In this document: piece after piece, positions 1-9,652 of the stretch
How the letters are laid out: every line of letters begins with the position of its first letter
Position numbering within the stretch: the stretch's first letter is position 1
DNA from: a virus
IMG/VR virus record: IMGVR_UViG_3300049793_000099
Coordinates: 1 to 64,000 of that record
Length of the DNA: 64,000 nt
Reading direction: 5' to 3' (one strand)
Made by a program: the position numbers and the translations under genes
The notes under the pieces: generated by a model
Databases searched by the model: none
Told to the model about the DNA's origin: nothing
The model's input: only the letters and a program-made list of their open reading frames with translations

Positions 1-773
1 AGAACAAACGTTTCAAGCTTTCTAAGAGTTTGTTCATGAATATCTTCAACAATTATTAATAATGAATTATTAGATTGTTGTGTTAATTCTAATATATTTC
101 TAAAGTTTTCTAATTTTTCTAATTTACCATCAATAACTAAAGTATTGACATTTGTAAATTCACAAGTTCCTTTAGATTGGTTTGTAATAAAATGTTTAGA
201 AAAATAACTTATTGGAAGCGACATTCCTGGTAAAGTATCTAATACATCTTCAGTATTAGAACTTTCTTCAATTTTAACTATATCAGAATGGTTATAAGCT
301 TGTTGAATAAGTTCACCAATCTGTAAATCGTTATTAGCAGATATACTAGCAACATGTTTAATATCCTCATGTTTTAATTCTCGTGAATTGAGTTTTAATT
401 GTTTAATTACTTTAGGTATAATTTCATCAAAAGCTTTATTAATATCTATAGATTTAAAATCTTTTAAATTATTAACAAATGCTGTAGCTAATACTATTGA
501 AGTTGTTGTACCATCCCCAGCATCTTCTACAGTCTTTTTAGCAACCTGTTTAATTAAATTTGCACCAATATTCTGTAATGGATCTTTAAATGTAATTTGT
601 TCCGCAACAGATACACCATCTTTAGTTATAATATATTCTCCATATTTATTTTTATTAGGTATAATGACAGTAGCTCCATTAGGTCCCATCGTGCTAGAAA
701 CCGCTTTATTTAAATCATTAATACCTTCTATAATCTTATTTCTTGCTTCTTTTCCAAAATGTAATTCTTCCAT
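1..773 (-). CDS. groEL: Chaperonin GroEL (runs off the left edge; missing from the ORF track)
   Basis: Minus-strand translation from ATG at 773: MEELHFGKEARNKIIEGINDLNKAVSSTMGPNGATV...ITKDGVSVAEQI...AGDGTTTSIVLA...VASISANNDLQIGELI, which are hallmark Cpn60 motifs. Confidence 0.95.
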   Translation of the reverse strand, partial: MEELHFGKEARNKIIEGINDLNKAVSSTMGPNGATVIIPNKNKYGEYIITKDGVSVAEQITFKDPLQNIGANLIKQVAKKTVEDAGDGTTTSIVLATAFVNNLKDFKSIDINKAFDEIIPKVIKQLKLNSRELKHEDIKHVASISANNDLQIGELIQQAYNHSDIVKIEESSNTEDVLDTLPGMSLPISYFSKHFITNQSKGTCEFTNVNTLVIDGKLEKLENFRNILELTQQSNNSLLIIVEDIHEQTLRKLETFV

Positions 774-1336
774 TATAAATATTTAAAATTAAAATTTTTT
801 GCATGTTTCAATGACCAAGTAAAAGATCCATATATTTTATTAATACTTAATGAAGCTTCTTTAACACTATTAAATATATCACCTGTAATTGTGTTAATAA
901 CTTTTTTAGAATTTGGATTATCTGATAAAAAGAATTTACCTTCCTTAGCTTTTCTCATTTTTTCTTTACTTTCATTAGAAACAAATTTATTTCTATGAAA
1001 ATTACCTATTTTATTTCTAGTTTCTTTTGATGGACTACATCCTTTTGAACCATCACCACCATTAGTTAAATTAGCAAGAGGTCCAGTTTTTAAATCAATT
1101 CTACCATATTCAGAAATTAATAATATTTCTAATTCACAAGCATCTTCCCAGGTTAAATTTTCTGCTAATATTTCTACTTGATAACTTGTTTTATTTACAA
1201 TATCGTTCCATATTTTATTTCTTTTAGCTGTGTCTTTAGAATAAGCTCTTTTTAAATAACCCATTCCTATATAAAATATTTCATTATTATCTAACCTTTT
1301 ATGTCTATAAACAACTTTATTATTTTCTTTTCTCAT
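773..1336 (-). CDS. Free-standing GIY-YIG-type homing endonuclease with NUMOD3/NUMOD1-like tail
   Basis: VVY...FYIGMG..KRA, E..LI, NLTNGGDG, SKETRNKI/SNESKEKM repeats, FNSVKEAS. Confidence 0.8.
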   Translation of the reverse strand: MRKENNKVVYRHKRLDNNEIFYIGMGYLKRAYSKDTAKRNKIWNDIVNKTSYQVEILAENLTWEDACELEILLISEYGRIDLKTGPLANLTNGGDGSKGCSPSKETRNKIGNFHRNKFVSNESKEKMRKAKEGKFFLSDNPNSKKVINTITGDIFNSVKEASLSINKIYGSFTWSLKHAKNFNFKYL

Positions 1337-1899
1337 TATTCAAATTTCAAACCTCCTTCGTAAATTCCCATAGCCTGTTGACCTTTCATACGTCCTTCAG
1401 TTTCTATTTTCTCTTTAATTAATTCTTTTTCAGCAGCTTTTAAATCCTGCATTACAACTTTAATTTTACTAATACCACCTACAATAGTTGTCAATGTAGT
1501 TACTGGTTTATTTCGATCATCACGTTCTTCTAATAGTTCTTTAGTCTTAGTTAAGTATTCCGATATATCATTAGCTGCTAATAAAGCATTTTTATATAAT
1601 TTACCAATTACTGTTAAACTTCTTTCTTCATAGAAGTTAATTGCATCTTGCATTATAGAATCTATTTTCCAATTATCAGGAAGTTGTAAATCTTTTATAA
1701 TTTCCTCTGTTCTAAATTTAATATCTATAATTAAATAGTCAGATTTAATATCTGTATAGTAATATATAAATAACATTTCTTTTAATGCTAAATCTTTATT
1801 ACGACTCTTATCACGTTTAAGTATTTTTTTAAAGGGTTCTAATCCCCATAAATTATCTTCTACGGTTAGAACTCCATCACGAAGTATGAATCCATTCAT
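1336..1899 (-). CDS. Conserved crAss-like hypothetical protein
   Basis: PFKKILKRDKS..KD.A.KE..FIY...D.KSDY and C-terminal GRMKG resemble, from memory, a protein common in crAss-like late regions. Confidence 0.55.
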   Translation of the reverse strand: MNGFILRDGVLTVEDNLWGLEPFKKILKRDKSRNKDLALKEMLFIYYYTDIKSDYLIIDIKFRTEEIIKDLQLPDNWKIDSIMQDAINFYEERSLTVIGKLYKNALLAANDISEYLTKTKELLEERDDRNKPVTTLTTIVGGISKIKVVMQDLKAAEKELIKEKIETEGRMKGQQAMGIYEGGLKFE

Positions 1900-1904
1900 A
1901 TTTT

Positions 1905-2069
1905 TTAGTTTTGAAATGGAGCATTTCCATCCATTGTGATTTTTACTGTCGAACCTTCTTCATAAACTTTACCAATATTATCCCAACCAATACCATCAAG
2001 TTCAGTTAATACTACAATTTTATCTTTTGGTAATTTTTCCAATATATTAATTAATTCTTTTACTGACAT
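1905..2069 (-). CDS. 54-aa hypothetical protein (MSVKELINILEKLPKDKIVV...)
   Basis: Open frame below the track cutoff, directly downstream of a TAnnTTTG element. Confidence 0.6.
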   Translation of the reverse strand: MSVKELINILEKLPKDKIVVLTELDGIGWDNIGKVYEEGSTVKITMDGNAPFQN

Positions 2070-2090
2070 TTTATTTTATTTATATGATTA

Positions 2091-2098
2091 CAAATATA
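2091..2098 (-). promoter_or_regulatory. Bacteroidota sigma70 -7 element (TATATTTG)
   Basis: Matches TAnnTTTG, 22 nt upstream of ATG 2069. Confidence 0.6.
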
Positions 2099-2104
2099 TT
2101 ATAC

Positions 2105-2142
2105 CTATAAAACCCGACTAGATTTCTCAGGTCGGGTTATAG
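2105..2142 (-). terminator. Hairpin / probable terminator after the GroES-like gene
   Basis: aacccgac...gtcgggtt inverted repeat with ctat/atag extension. Confidence 0.6.
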
Positions 2143-2143
2143 T

Positions 2144-2524
2144 TTATTCGTTTGTTTGTAAATCTTTAGAATTTATAAATCTCGTTTTGATTAGTCTATC
2201 TTCAATGATAGCAAATATTTTACCATCAAATTCAATAGGGTCTAATTTAATTGTTGAAAAATCTTCATGCGTATTATTTGGATTAATTTGTTTATTTAAC
2301 ATCTTCTCTAAATCCAATCTAACTTTATCACCTACTTCAACATTGTGACAATGTGAACCTTTTGCAACAATATATTGAAATTGACTCATTGCATTATCAG
2401 ATAAATCTAAACTATTTAATGTATTTTCTGTATTTAAAGTAATTACTACTTTGTTAAACATTGGTTGTTCTAACCATTCCTTACTAATCTCTAACGCGTC
2501 ATATGCTGTTACATTCTCTTTCAT
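2144..2524 (-). CDS. groES: GroES-like co-chaperonin
   Basis: PMFNKVVI, IVAKG, VEVGDKV and IEFDGKIFAIIEDRLI follow the Cpn10 pattern. Confidence 0.7.
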   Translation of the reverse strand: MKENVTAYDALEISKEWLEQPMFNKVVITLNTENTLNSLDLSDNAMSQFQYIVAKGSHCHNVEVGDKVRLDLEKMLNKQINPNNTHEDFSTIKLDPIEFDGKIFAIIEDRLIKTRFINSKDLQTNE

Positions 2525-2798
2525 CCTTTTCTTCTTTATTTTTTTGTAATCTGTATTTATGTTTATCTACTATTTCTCCTGATGTATATACTTTACCCAA
2601 GTATTTAAAAAAGAAGTTTGTTTTTGAATTATCAATTTCTTCACTTGTCAGTGTATCTAATAACATTTTTCTAATTTCTTCATACATGAATCTAAACTGC
2701 GATTCAACTATTTCTCTTATTTCACAATCTCTAAGATTGTTATTTAAACCTATTGTATGAATAATGTCATTTACTTTTTTCTCTTGAATTTTATCCAT
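2499..2798 (-). CDS. HU/IHF-like DNA-binding protein
   Basis: Two N-terminal helices then FFFKYLGKVY, similar to the IHF/HU GFG.F strand. Confidence 0.55.
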   Translation of the reverse strand: MDKIQEKKVNDIIHTIGLNNNLRDCEIREIVESQFRFMYEEIRKMLLDTLTSEEIDNSKTNFFFKYLGKVYTSGEIVDKHKYRLQKNKEEKDERECNSI

Positions 2799-2804
2799 TT
2801 ACAA

Positions 2805-3059
2805 TTATATTTTTGATATATCTAAAAAAGTGAATCTATAAGATTCTGTTGCTTTTGAATGTTTAATAGATTCGTCATATAAAGGATCATATTGTATTTT
2901 AAAATTAACTTTATACTCTTTACCATATTCTCCACTTTCTTTTAATCTCTTTACATAAACATCCCAATCAACCCAATCACTTTCTGTCCACCATTCAGTA
3001 GCAAAATCTCCTAAATATCCTTTAAAACAAGTTGTACTATATTCTTTAAATTTATCCAT
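2805..3059 (-). CDS. Hypothetical protein
   Basis: Tightly packed co-oriented ORF. Confidence 0.6.
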   Translation of the reverse strand: MDKFKEYSTTCFKGYLGDFATEWWTESDWVDWDVYVKRLKESGEYGKEYKVNFKIQYDPLYDESIKHSKATESYRFTFLDISKI

Positions 3060-3432
3060 CTATAATTTTAAAATTAATATTAATAGTAAATGTTTTATTT
3101 TTTTTATCCATTTGAGGAATATATACAGATGATATTTCATTATTGATTATAACATTAGCTTTTCTAAGCTGACTATATATATTTTCTAAACCTTGTGCTG
3201 TAATACCCAATTCATCTGTAATTAGAATTTTAGTATCATAATCAAATACTGTTTTCCATAATATTTTATTATTAGTAATCTCTTTAGAAAATTGATAATG
3301 ATAATATAATAATAAAGCAACTACTGTATAATGTTGTTTCTGAAGTTTATGAAAAGGTTTTAAAAATTCAATATATCTAAAAAAGAAATTCTTAACTTTT
3401 ACATTTATAACTGCATTTTTAACATTATCCAT
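3052..3432 (-). CDS. Putative winged-HTH protein
   Basis: ITDELGITAQGLENIYSQLRKANVI HTH pattern. Confidence 0.55.
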   Translation of the reverse strand: MDNVKNAVINVKVKNFFFRYIEFLKPFHKLQKQHYTVVALLLYYHYQFSKEITNNKILWKTVFDYDTKILITDELGITAQGLENIYSQLRKANVIINNEISSVYIPQMDKKNKTFTININFKIIDG

Positions 3433-3434
3433 AA

Positions 3435-3764
3435 TTAATATTTAGGTTTAATCTTCCGTTCTTTATTGTATTCAAATATATTAGCAAAAGTTTGTACCTC
3501 GTTCACACTATTACATCTTTGACATATTTCATTACCATCATCATCTACTTCATATTGATTTGGTACAACTAATGTACCACAATGCTTACAAGCAAAGACT
3601 GGTTCTTTATCGTAGTCTTTTGTTTTATTATTCATAATTTCATTTATTTTATCTTTTATATTTTGTACCCATTCGGAATCATAATATGGGAACACGTGCA
3701 TTCTATTTACATACTCAACATGTTTATACAGTTTGTTGAGCTGTTTGAGTATTTCTTTGCTCAT
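3435..3764 (-). CDS. Zn-finger hypothetical protein
   Basis: DYDKEPVFACKHC...CQRC. Confidence 0.6.
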   Translation of the reverse strand: MSKEILKQLNKLYKHVEYVNRMHVFPYYDSEWVQNIKDKINEIMNNKTKDYDKEPVFACKHCGTLVVPNQYEVDDDGNEICQRCNSVNEVQTFANIFEYNKERKIKPKY

Positions 3765-3939
3765 CTTTAGTTTTAATATTTAAAAGTATTAACCAACCTT
3801 CATTTTGTTTATTAACATTTACAGTATAACTAAATCTTGGATATTTACCTGTAAACAATTCTATTTTAGTTTGAAATGTATCTAATTGATCTAATGCTTT
3901 CTTTAAATCTTTTTCATATATAGTATATTCTTTTTGCAT
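3724..3939 (-). CDS. Hypothetical protein
   Basis: Co-oriented, abuts neighbours. Confidence 0.55.
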   Translation of the reverse strand: MQKEYTIYEKDLKKALDQLDTFQTKIELFTGKYPRFSYTVNVNKQNEGWLILLNIKTKDEQRNTQTAQQTV

Positions 3940-4218
3940 TTATTTGATTTCATTTTTAATTTTAAATTCTTCCCATTCAACTCTTGATAACAAATTGGGA
4001 AAACGTTCTTGGTTACAAGATTGAGATGTGTAAATTCTTGCAGGATAATCACAACCACACTTAATGCATTTTTTAGTTTTAGCACAATCATTCTCACATA
4101 ATAACATTCTGTAAGCAAATTGTTCTTTAAGATGGCTTACTTGAAACTTCTCAGTAAATAATCTAGTATTACCTTCTATAAAATTATAAATATTAGATAA
4201 TGTTATTTCTTTACTCAT
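3940..4218 (-). CDS. Cys-rich putative metal-binding protein
   Basis: CENDC...CIKCGC...C. Confidence 0.6.
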   Translation of the reverse strand: MSKEITLSNIYNFIEGNTRLFTEKFQVSHLKEQFAYRMLLCENDCAKTKKCIKCGCDYPARIYTSQSCNQERFPNLLSRVEWEEFKIKNEIK

Positions 4219-5351
4219 TACCTAATCTACTAAGTATTAAACTTTTCTCCATTGAATCTAAATCTCTACCAATTAACTCTGGTACAATAGAATCAATGTT
4301 ATCTTCTGTTACTTTATCTTCTAATGTTTTAAGATAATCAGATAATTCATTAATCTGCCTTAACTTAGTATAAAATGTTTTAACTTGTTTCTTAGTATTA
4401 AGTTTATCTAAAACATTTTTCTTTCTAATTCCATTTTTGTTATATGTACGCATTTTTATAAATTCTTAAATTTTAAATATTTAGGATTCTCCTTACTCCA
4501 CTTGGTTCTATACCCTTCTAATTCATTGTCTGTTTTAGTTGGGAATATATTTCTCCAATATTCTAATTCTTTGGGATTATTTTTACTATTCATATATACT
4601 GTATTTTTTTCAATATTAATATCTTCTTCAGTTCTTAAATCTATAAGTTCTCCGTTTTTCATTAAAAAGTAGTATTTAAAATTTTAGTATCTATTATCGT
4701 ATCTCCAGTTTTATTAAATAATATATGTTTCTTAATGTAACCTGTCTTATTTCTAGCAAAAATTTGAACTGTTGGTATATTACCATCACCTAGAAATAAT
4801 CCGACGTTTAGATCATTGATTCTACAACCTCTCCACTTCTTAGTATAATGGTTACACATATTAAAAATATCTTTTTGATTATCTATAATATGATTTTCTA
4901 TTTCTGTAACTTTATTTTGTATATTTATCAGCATCTTTTGTGTTTTGTTTATATCTATTTACGCAATGTATTATTTCTTCTTTTGTTAATTTTGGCATAT
5001 AATAAGATTTGTCTATTGTACCTATATTAATTTGTTCAATTCCATTTATAAAAACTGGGTTTTCAATATTCCATTCATCACAATAATATTGTGTATTATC
5101 TTCTTCCATTATAGTGTTTCATTATATCTATTTAATAGAAAGTTAGTAAAATCATAATTATTAAATACTCCATTTAAATCAATATACATTCTAATATCTA
5201 TTGATGATTTATCTGGTAAAGTTACTCTACATTTTTCATATGTTATTAACTGTGACCAATTTTCAAATCCAATAGGTTGTTGATCATTATAAATAACTTC
5301 TATAGGAAAACAACATTCTGTTTCTAACTTATTATATTTTACACCTGTCAT
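4211..5351 (-). CDS. Run of five small hypothetical ORFs (4211-4453, 4456-4662, 4662-4934, 4912-5109, 5109-5351)
   Basis: Overlapping or abutting start/stop codons, downstream of the promoter at 5375. Confidence 0.6.
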
Positions 5352-5374
5352 TAAGCTTATTTTTAAATTCTATA

Positions 5375-5382
5375 CAAAGGTA
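5375..5382 (-). promoter_or_regulatory. Bacteroidota -7 element (TACCTTTG)
   Basis: TAnnTTTG upstream of ATG 5351. Confidence 0.6.
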
Positions 5383-5434
5383 ATCAATTAAAATGACAAT
5401 TCCTAATAAAATTACAATTAATTTTATTTTTATT

Positions 5435-6085
5435 TTATTTCCCATAAATAAAATCTAATATTTTACCTACTAAACCACTTCTATGATTTTCTTTCAATTT
5501 TATATGAGCAATTCCTTCTATACTTTTAGATAGTTCTATAGCAAAATCTAATCCTGTAACACCTTCATTAATATCTCTTTGAGATTGATCCCCATTAATA
5601 ATAATTTTACCTGTATTACCTAGCCTAGTTAAGATTGCCTCCATCTCTTTAACTGTAAGATTCTGAGCTTCTTCAACAATTAAAACATCATCAATAGTTT
5701 TACCTCTAATAAACTGTATAGGTAATGCTTGTATTTTACCATTTTTAACAAAATCGTCAATCTTTAATCTATCCATACACTTATATAAATTTTCAATTAA
5801 AGCTTCCATATATGGATTAAACTTATCTTTTAAATCTCCAGGTAAAAACCCTAATGATTTACCTACCTCAACTGCACTTCTAGCAACTAAAAGTTTATCT
5901 ATTTGTTTAGTATTTAAAAAATCTAATGCTGTTACAGCTCCAACAAGTGATTTACCAGAACCAGCTCTTCCTGTAATAATTGTAACCTGATTTTCAATAA
6001 TTGTCTGTTTAGCTAATTTTTGTTCTTCATTAAGTTGAACATTATATTTTATATCACTCTTACGTACTCTGTTTGCTTGATGCAT
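5435..6085 (-). CDS. phoH: PhoH-family ATPase
   Basis: GRAGSGKS, LGFLPGDL..K, FIRGKT, EEAQN, LTRLG, GDQSQRD, HRSGLV. Confidence 0.95.
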   Translation of the reverse strand: MHQANRVRKSDIKYNVQLNEEQKLAKQTIIENQVTIITGRAGSGKSLVGAVTALDFLNTKQIDKLLVARSAVEVGKSLGFLPGDLKDKFNPYMEALIENLYKCMDRLKIDDFVKNGKIQALPIQFIRGKTIDDVLIVEEAQNLTVKEMEAILTRLGNTGKIIINGDQSQRDINEGVTGLDFAIELSKSIEGIAHIKLKENHRSGLVGKILDFIYGK

Positions 6086-6086
6086 A

Positions 6087-6635
6087 TTATTTATTTAAAT
6101 TGTTAATTTTCAATCTTTCGAAATCTTTTCTATATAAAACTACATCATCTCCTTCTAATATTCTTTTAATTTCTTTAGGATTGAGACCTAGTTCTTTATA
6201 TTTAGAAACCCAGTTATCATTTTGCTTTTTAAGTTGTTCTATTAAAATAGTATAATCTAACATAGTTTTTCTAAAACTACCTTCGATAGATCTATCACCT
6301 AAATGAAATAATATCCAATCCAAATCTTCACACAATATAATCTCTTTCTTACATTCAAATAAAAGAAAAGTTCCTGCTGATGCAATATAACCAGTTAGAT
6401 ATATTTTAATATCTGGATGATTATTAATAAAATGCAATAGTATTCTCATTGCATGTGGATTACCACCAATAGTTGTAAAAAATAAATCAATTGCTTTATA
6501 TTCAGTTAATTTATCAATTAATTCTTGTACTGTTTCAGAATCTATTTCGTTTTCGAAATGATGTACATATCTTTGAATTTCTTCTGATGATTCTAATTCA
6601 TCTAACAAAGCATTTATTAAATCTTCCTTCACCAT
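6087..6635 (-). CDS. clpP: ClpP-like serine protease
   Basis: T.GG, GYIASAGT (catalytic Ser), ILFH (catalytic His). Confidence 0.75.
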   Translation of the reverse strand: MVKEDLINALLDELESSEEIQRYVHHFENEIDSETVQELIDKLTEYKAIDLFFTTIGGNPHAMRILLHFINNHPDIKIYLTGYIASAGTFLLFECKKEIILCEDLDWILFHLGDRSIEGSFRKTMLDYTILIEQLKKQNDNWVSKYKELGLNPKEIKRILEGDDVVLYRKDFERLKINNLNK

Positions 6636-6659
6636 ATATCTTATATTTTAATTATAATA

Positions 6660-6667
6660 CAAAGATA
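6660..6667 (-). promoter_or_regulatory. Bacteroidota -7 element (TATCTTTG)
   Basis: TAnnTTTG 25 nt upstream of the clpP ATG. Confidence 0.7.
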
Positions 6668-6754
6668 ATAAATTATTTTGACATACGCAAGTTTTTTATC
6701 AATTATTTTTCAATAAAATGTTAAAATAACTTAATTTAGGTGGTAATTAGACAT

Positions 6755-6785
6755 AAAAAAACCTACTACAGTTAAGTAGTAGGTT
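6755..6785 (-). terminator. Intrinsic terminator
   Basis: aacctactac/gtagtaggtt 10-bp stem followed by a U-run on the minus strand. Confidence 0.75.
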
Positions 6786-6990
6786 GTAAATTATTATATT
6801 CATTTAGTTTATTCAGTAATTTCTTCTCTTTAAGAATATTTACTAATTGGGATTTATTTAAATTATAAGATTTAGTATAGTTGTGTAATTCAATATATCC
6901 AACATTACTTTGGATTTGAAATTGAATCACTTTAATGAATTCATTCACCCTTTTTTGATATGATCTCATATCTTTATCATTTTTCACCAT
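6772..6990 (-). CDS. 72-aa hypothetical protein downstream of the structured leader
   Basis: ORF lying between the leader and the terminator. Confidence 0.5.
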   Translation of the reverse strand: MVKNDKDMRSYQKRVNEFIKVIQFQIQSNVGYIELHNYTKSYNLNKSQLVNILKEKKLLNKLNEYNNLQPTT

Positions 6991-6999
6991 ATTATTTAA

Positions 7000-7325
7000 A
7001 TTTGGACTTAAATTAAAGCTAAGAATCCCCTAGACAAAAATTTTCTTAAATTTTCAAACGATATATCACTATTCGCTTTAACTTAATAACCTTATATGAT
7101 TGCCGTTCGTCTGCTATTAAGCTTCACCTTCATGATACCCCAGTATTATATCATCCAATCAATTTCAGTTCCTTCTCTTGAAGTTTAAAGTCTGTTTTGT
7201 AACTACCGGAGAAACCTCATCCATTATATTTGTATATTATTTCAATACTATAGATTACTATCCGATGTCTAGTGGACTAATACTTTCGCCTCATCCACGG
7301 TATTCTATTTTCTAGAATGTTACAG
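7000..7325 (-). ncRNA. Candidate large structured RNA / 5' leader
   Basis: Own TATCTTTGCA promoter, no ORF, at least seven complementary segment pairs, including a crossing pair. Confidence 0.55.
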
Positions 7326-7327
7326 TG

Positions 7328-7335
7328 CAAAGATA
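7328..7335 (-). promoter_or_regulatory. Bacteroidota -7 element (TATCTTTGCA)
   Basis: Consensus match. Confidence 0.75.
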
Positions 7336-7411
7336 CAACATTTATTTGATAATTCCTAGTAAAAAGTGATTTATTTTACATAAAATGTTACTCATCTATA
7401 GCGTTTAGGTA

Positions 7412-7627
7412 TTATTTAATATCATTTAAATTATAATATCTATTATCAATTTCCTCAGGTAAAACTTCATCTAGCCATTTCCTACCATAATCTTTTGTTT
7501 GCACAGATGGTTTTCTAATCCATATATTATCAATTAGTTTACTATAATCTCCGTTATTATGAAGAATATTTTTACTTTTAAATACTTCAGCAATTGATTG
7601 TGTTATAATTTCATCAAAATCTTTCAT
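7412..7627 (-). CDS. Hypothetical protein (likely start MKDFDEII at 7627)
   Basis: ATG preceded by an A-rich leader and a TATATTGCA promoter-like element. Confidence 0.45.
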   Translation of the reverse strand: MKDFDEIITQSIAEVFKSKNILHNNGDYSKLIDNIWIRKPSVQTKDYGRKWLDEVLPEEIDNRYYNLNDIK

Positions 7628-7846
7628 AAATTTATTATTTAATATTTTATGCAATATACGAAATATATTTGACAATTCCAAATTTTTTGGGAAATTTTTT
7701 TAAAAATTTTATTGATCGTGATTGATAAATAACCTAAAACCTAACCCCCACTCTTTTCAAACTTTGGGAGGTACTCCGTACTTCATTATACTAATCAGAA
7801 TTGTAAATGTCATGACTCGACAGCAATTCATAATACATATCATACT

Positions 7847-8221
7847 ATGTCTACAATTTTCAAACCAGTTGCAAACGAAGCTACTGGAAAAACAGATTTC
7901 AACTTTCCTGCTGAGTTAGTATCCATCTCTGATAAAGTTATGGAAAACTCTAATGGTACTAAGTATGTACTAGGTAATGTGAGCTTCACATATCCTAATG
8001 GTACACCAGCTAAGGCTGTTACTACACAGATATTTGCTAAGTCATTAGCACATGGTATCAAAGTAGGCTCTACATTATTATCTACATTATCTAAAGATGA
8101 TGAGGGTAGAATGTGGATTAGAACATCACACTTACCTGCTGGTAACAACATCGATACAGATGCATTTGGGTCTATGTTTGACGAAGTTGTTGCTCAACCT
8201 GCTGTTGCAGTAGAAGCATAA
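7847..8221 (+). CDS. First gene of the plus-strand block; beta-rich, possibly OB-fold/SSB-like
   Basis: Less AT-biased codons, alternating beta pattern, acidic/Ala tail, own terminator. Confidence 0.7.
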   Translation: MSTIFKPVANEATGKTDFNFPAELVSISDKVMENSNGTKYVLGNVSFTYPNGTPAKAVTTQIFAKSLAHGIKVGSTLLSTLSKDDEGRMWIRTSHLPAGNNIDTDAFGSMFDEVVAQPAVAVEA

Positions 8222-8223
8222 TC

Positions 8224-8256
8224 TATAGGGACTCTTCGGAGTCCTTATATTTTTTT
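8224..8256 (+). terminator. Intrinsic terminator with cUUCGg loop
   Basis: agggactc-ttcg-gagtcctt followed by a T-run. Confidence 0.9.
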
Positions 8257-8609
8257 AACCTAGAATAACTTATTATGTGTAATGATTAATTAGCCAATAT
8301 AGCATGTGATTGTTTAAACCTTTGAAAAGAATTAAATGTCTAAGTAAATCATATAATCTTTATAATAGTGTTAAATGTTATCAATTAAATTTTAGTTAAT
8401 AATAATGTCGAGGGTAACACACCGTAGAGACAGTTAATAGACTTATAATTGCTAAAATTTTAATTGGTGACTATTGCAATAATTCTACATATATATTAAG
8501 GTAGAATTTTAATATAATTTTAAATGGAATATTTAGGATTAAAACTTTAATATTGTATAAACTCGCTAAACATTGATGAGTATAAATAGATACTAATAGT
8601 AATATTAGA

Positions 8610-8852
8610 TGTGTTGATACCGTGAGAAAGTATAAAAATGATAGTATATTATGTTATACCAACACAAATGAGTTCTCAGCAAGTAGTTAAATAATTAAAT
8701 TGTCTTTCATGATTTGGACTTATTTAGTAAGTCAGTTAGACCTTAGAACCAGAACATGATTTATGGTAATAAATTATTAACTACATGACCCTACTCTTAC
8801 ATACAGCTTTAAACTGTACTAGAATATTAATTGTAAGATAAGAGGGTGCTAA
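8610..8852 (+). ncRNA. Candidate pseudoknotted ncRNA
   Basis: tgtgttg/caacaca, tgagaa/ttctca (crossing), gtagttaa/ttaactac, ctctta/taagag. Confidence 0.4.
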
Positions 8853-9072
8853 TATTAAGATAACCAATTGAGTTATCGCAATTTATAACCTATAGATTTA
8901 ATTATTTATAGGTTATTTATTTATAACTTGTTGATAGTGAGGTCTTTGTTAATTAATCACCACCAATATCAACTCTCAAACTACAACTCTAGTTACACAA
9001 CTATAAATATAGTTATAGCTTTTACATTAACAATACAACCGATTTAACAACACATTTCAAATCAATATTAAC

Positions 9073-9652
9073 AACTAAATTATACAAATTATGTCTTTAA
9101 AACTAACATTATTTACAAAAGATGCCAATTGTACTGATATAATATCTGTAGAAATAGCACATTTTACAAACTTTGATAACAAAAACAGCTATCATTGTCA
9201 TCTAATTGATGAACAAATTAAACTTGTTACAGCATTAACAATTAATAAAATATCATTTACTGTAGAATTTGGAAAAGTATTTATTGATGAAACTAGTATT
9301 AAAGTTAGACTTGATTCAAAATAACCAATTCAATTAAGTTATTCTACATATATTTACACACAATTTATTACAAATTTAAACTAATTACTAACTGACTAAA
9401 TAACAAAATTATGGAAACAAATTATATTCCACATTCATTAATTATTAATATTGTCCCTGGAAACATCGCAAGTTTTATAATATGGATTAATACCACAGAA
9501 GGAACTTATGGTTCTAATAATAGCTTTACTACTAATAGTAATGGTATTACAGGAATTTTCATTAAAATATAACAACACTTTAGTCAGTCAATTACAGATA
9601 ATGCTGGGTTGACTGATTATATTAAACTAATAACTAAATTATACAAATTATG
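9073..9652 (+). repeat. Identical 21-mer AACTAAATTATACAAATTATG at 9073-9093 and 9632-9652
   Basis: Exact duplicate, each ending in a start codon. Confidence 0.85.

Noticed and set aside
388-786. 132-aa plus-strand ORF in the track
   Set aside because: Antisense shadow of groEL
7840-8151. Minus-strand 103-aa ORF and similar short overlapping ORFs (2503, 3582, 25705, 27803, 29975, 33722, 35846, 40432, 46000)
   Set aside because: Shadows of better-supported opposite-strand genes
8561-8640. Pistol ribozyme-like start ACTCG...GAGTATAAATAG
   Set aside because: Loop is 11 nt, the pseudoknot is imperfect, and no GCGU/P3/GU cleavage arrangement was found; at most a degenerate remnant
8676-8853. SAM-I riboswitch
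   Set aside because: Only P3-like fragments; no AUC-AGAG, kink-turn or P1
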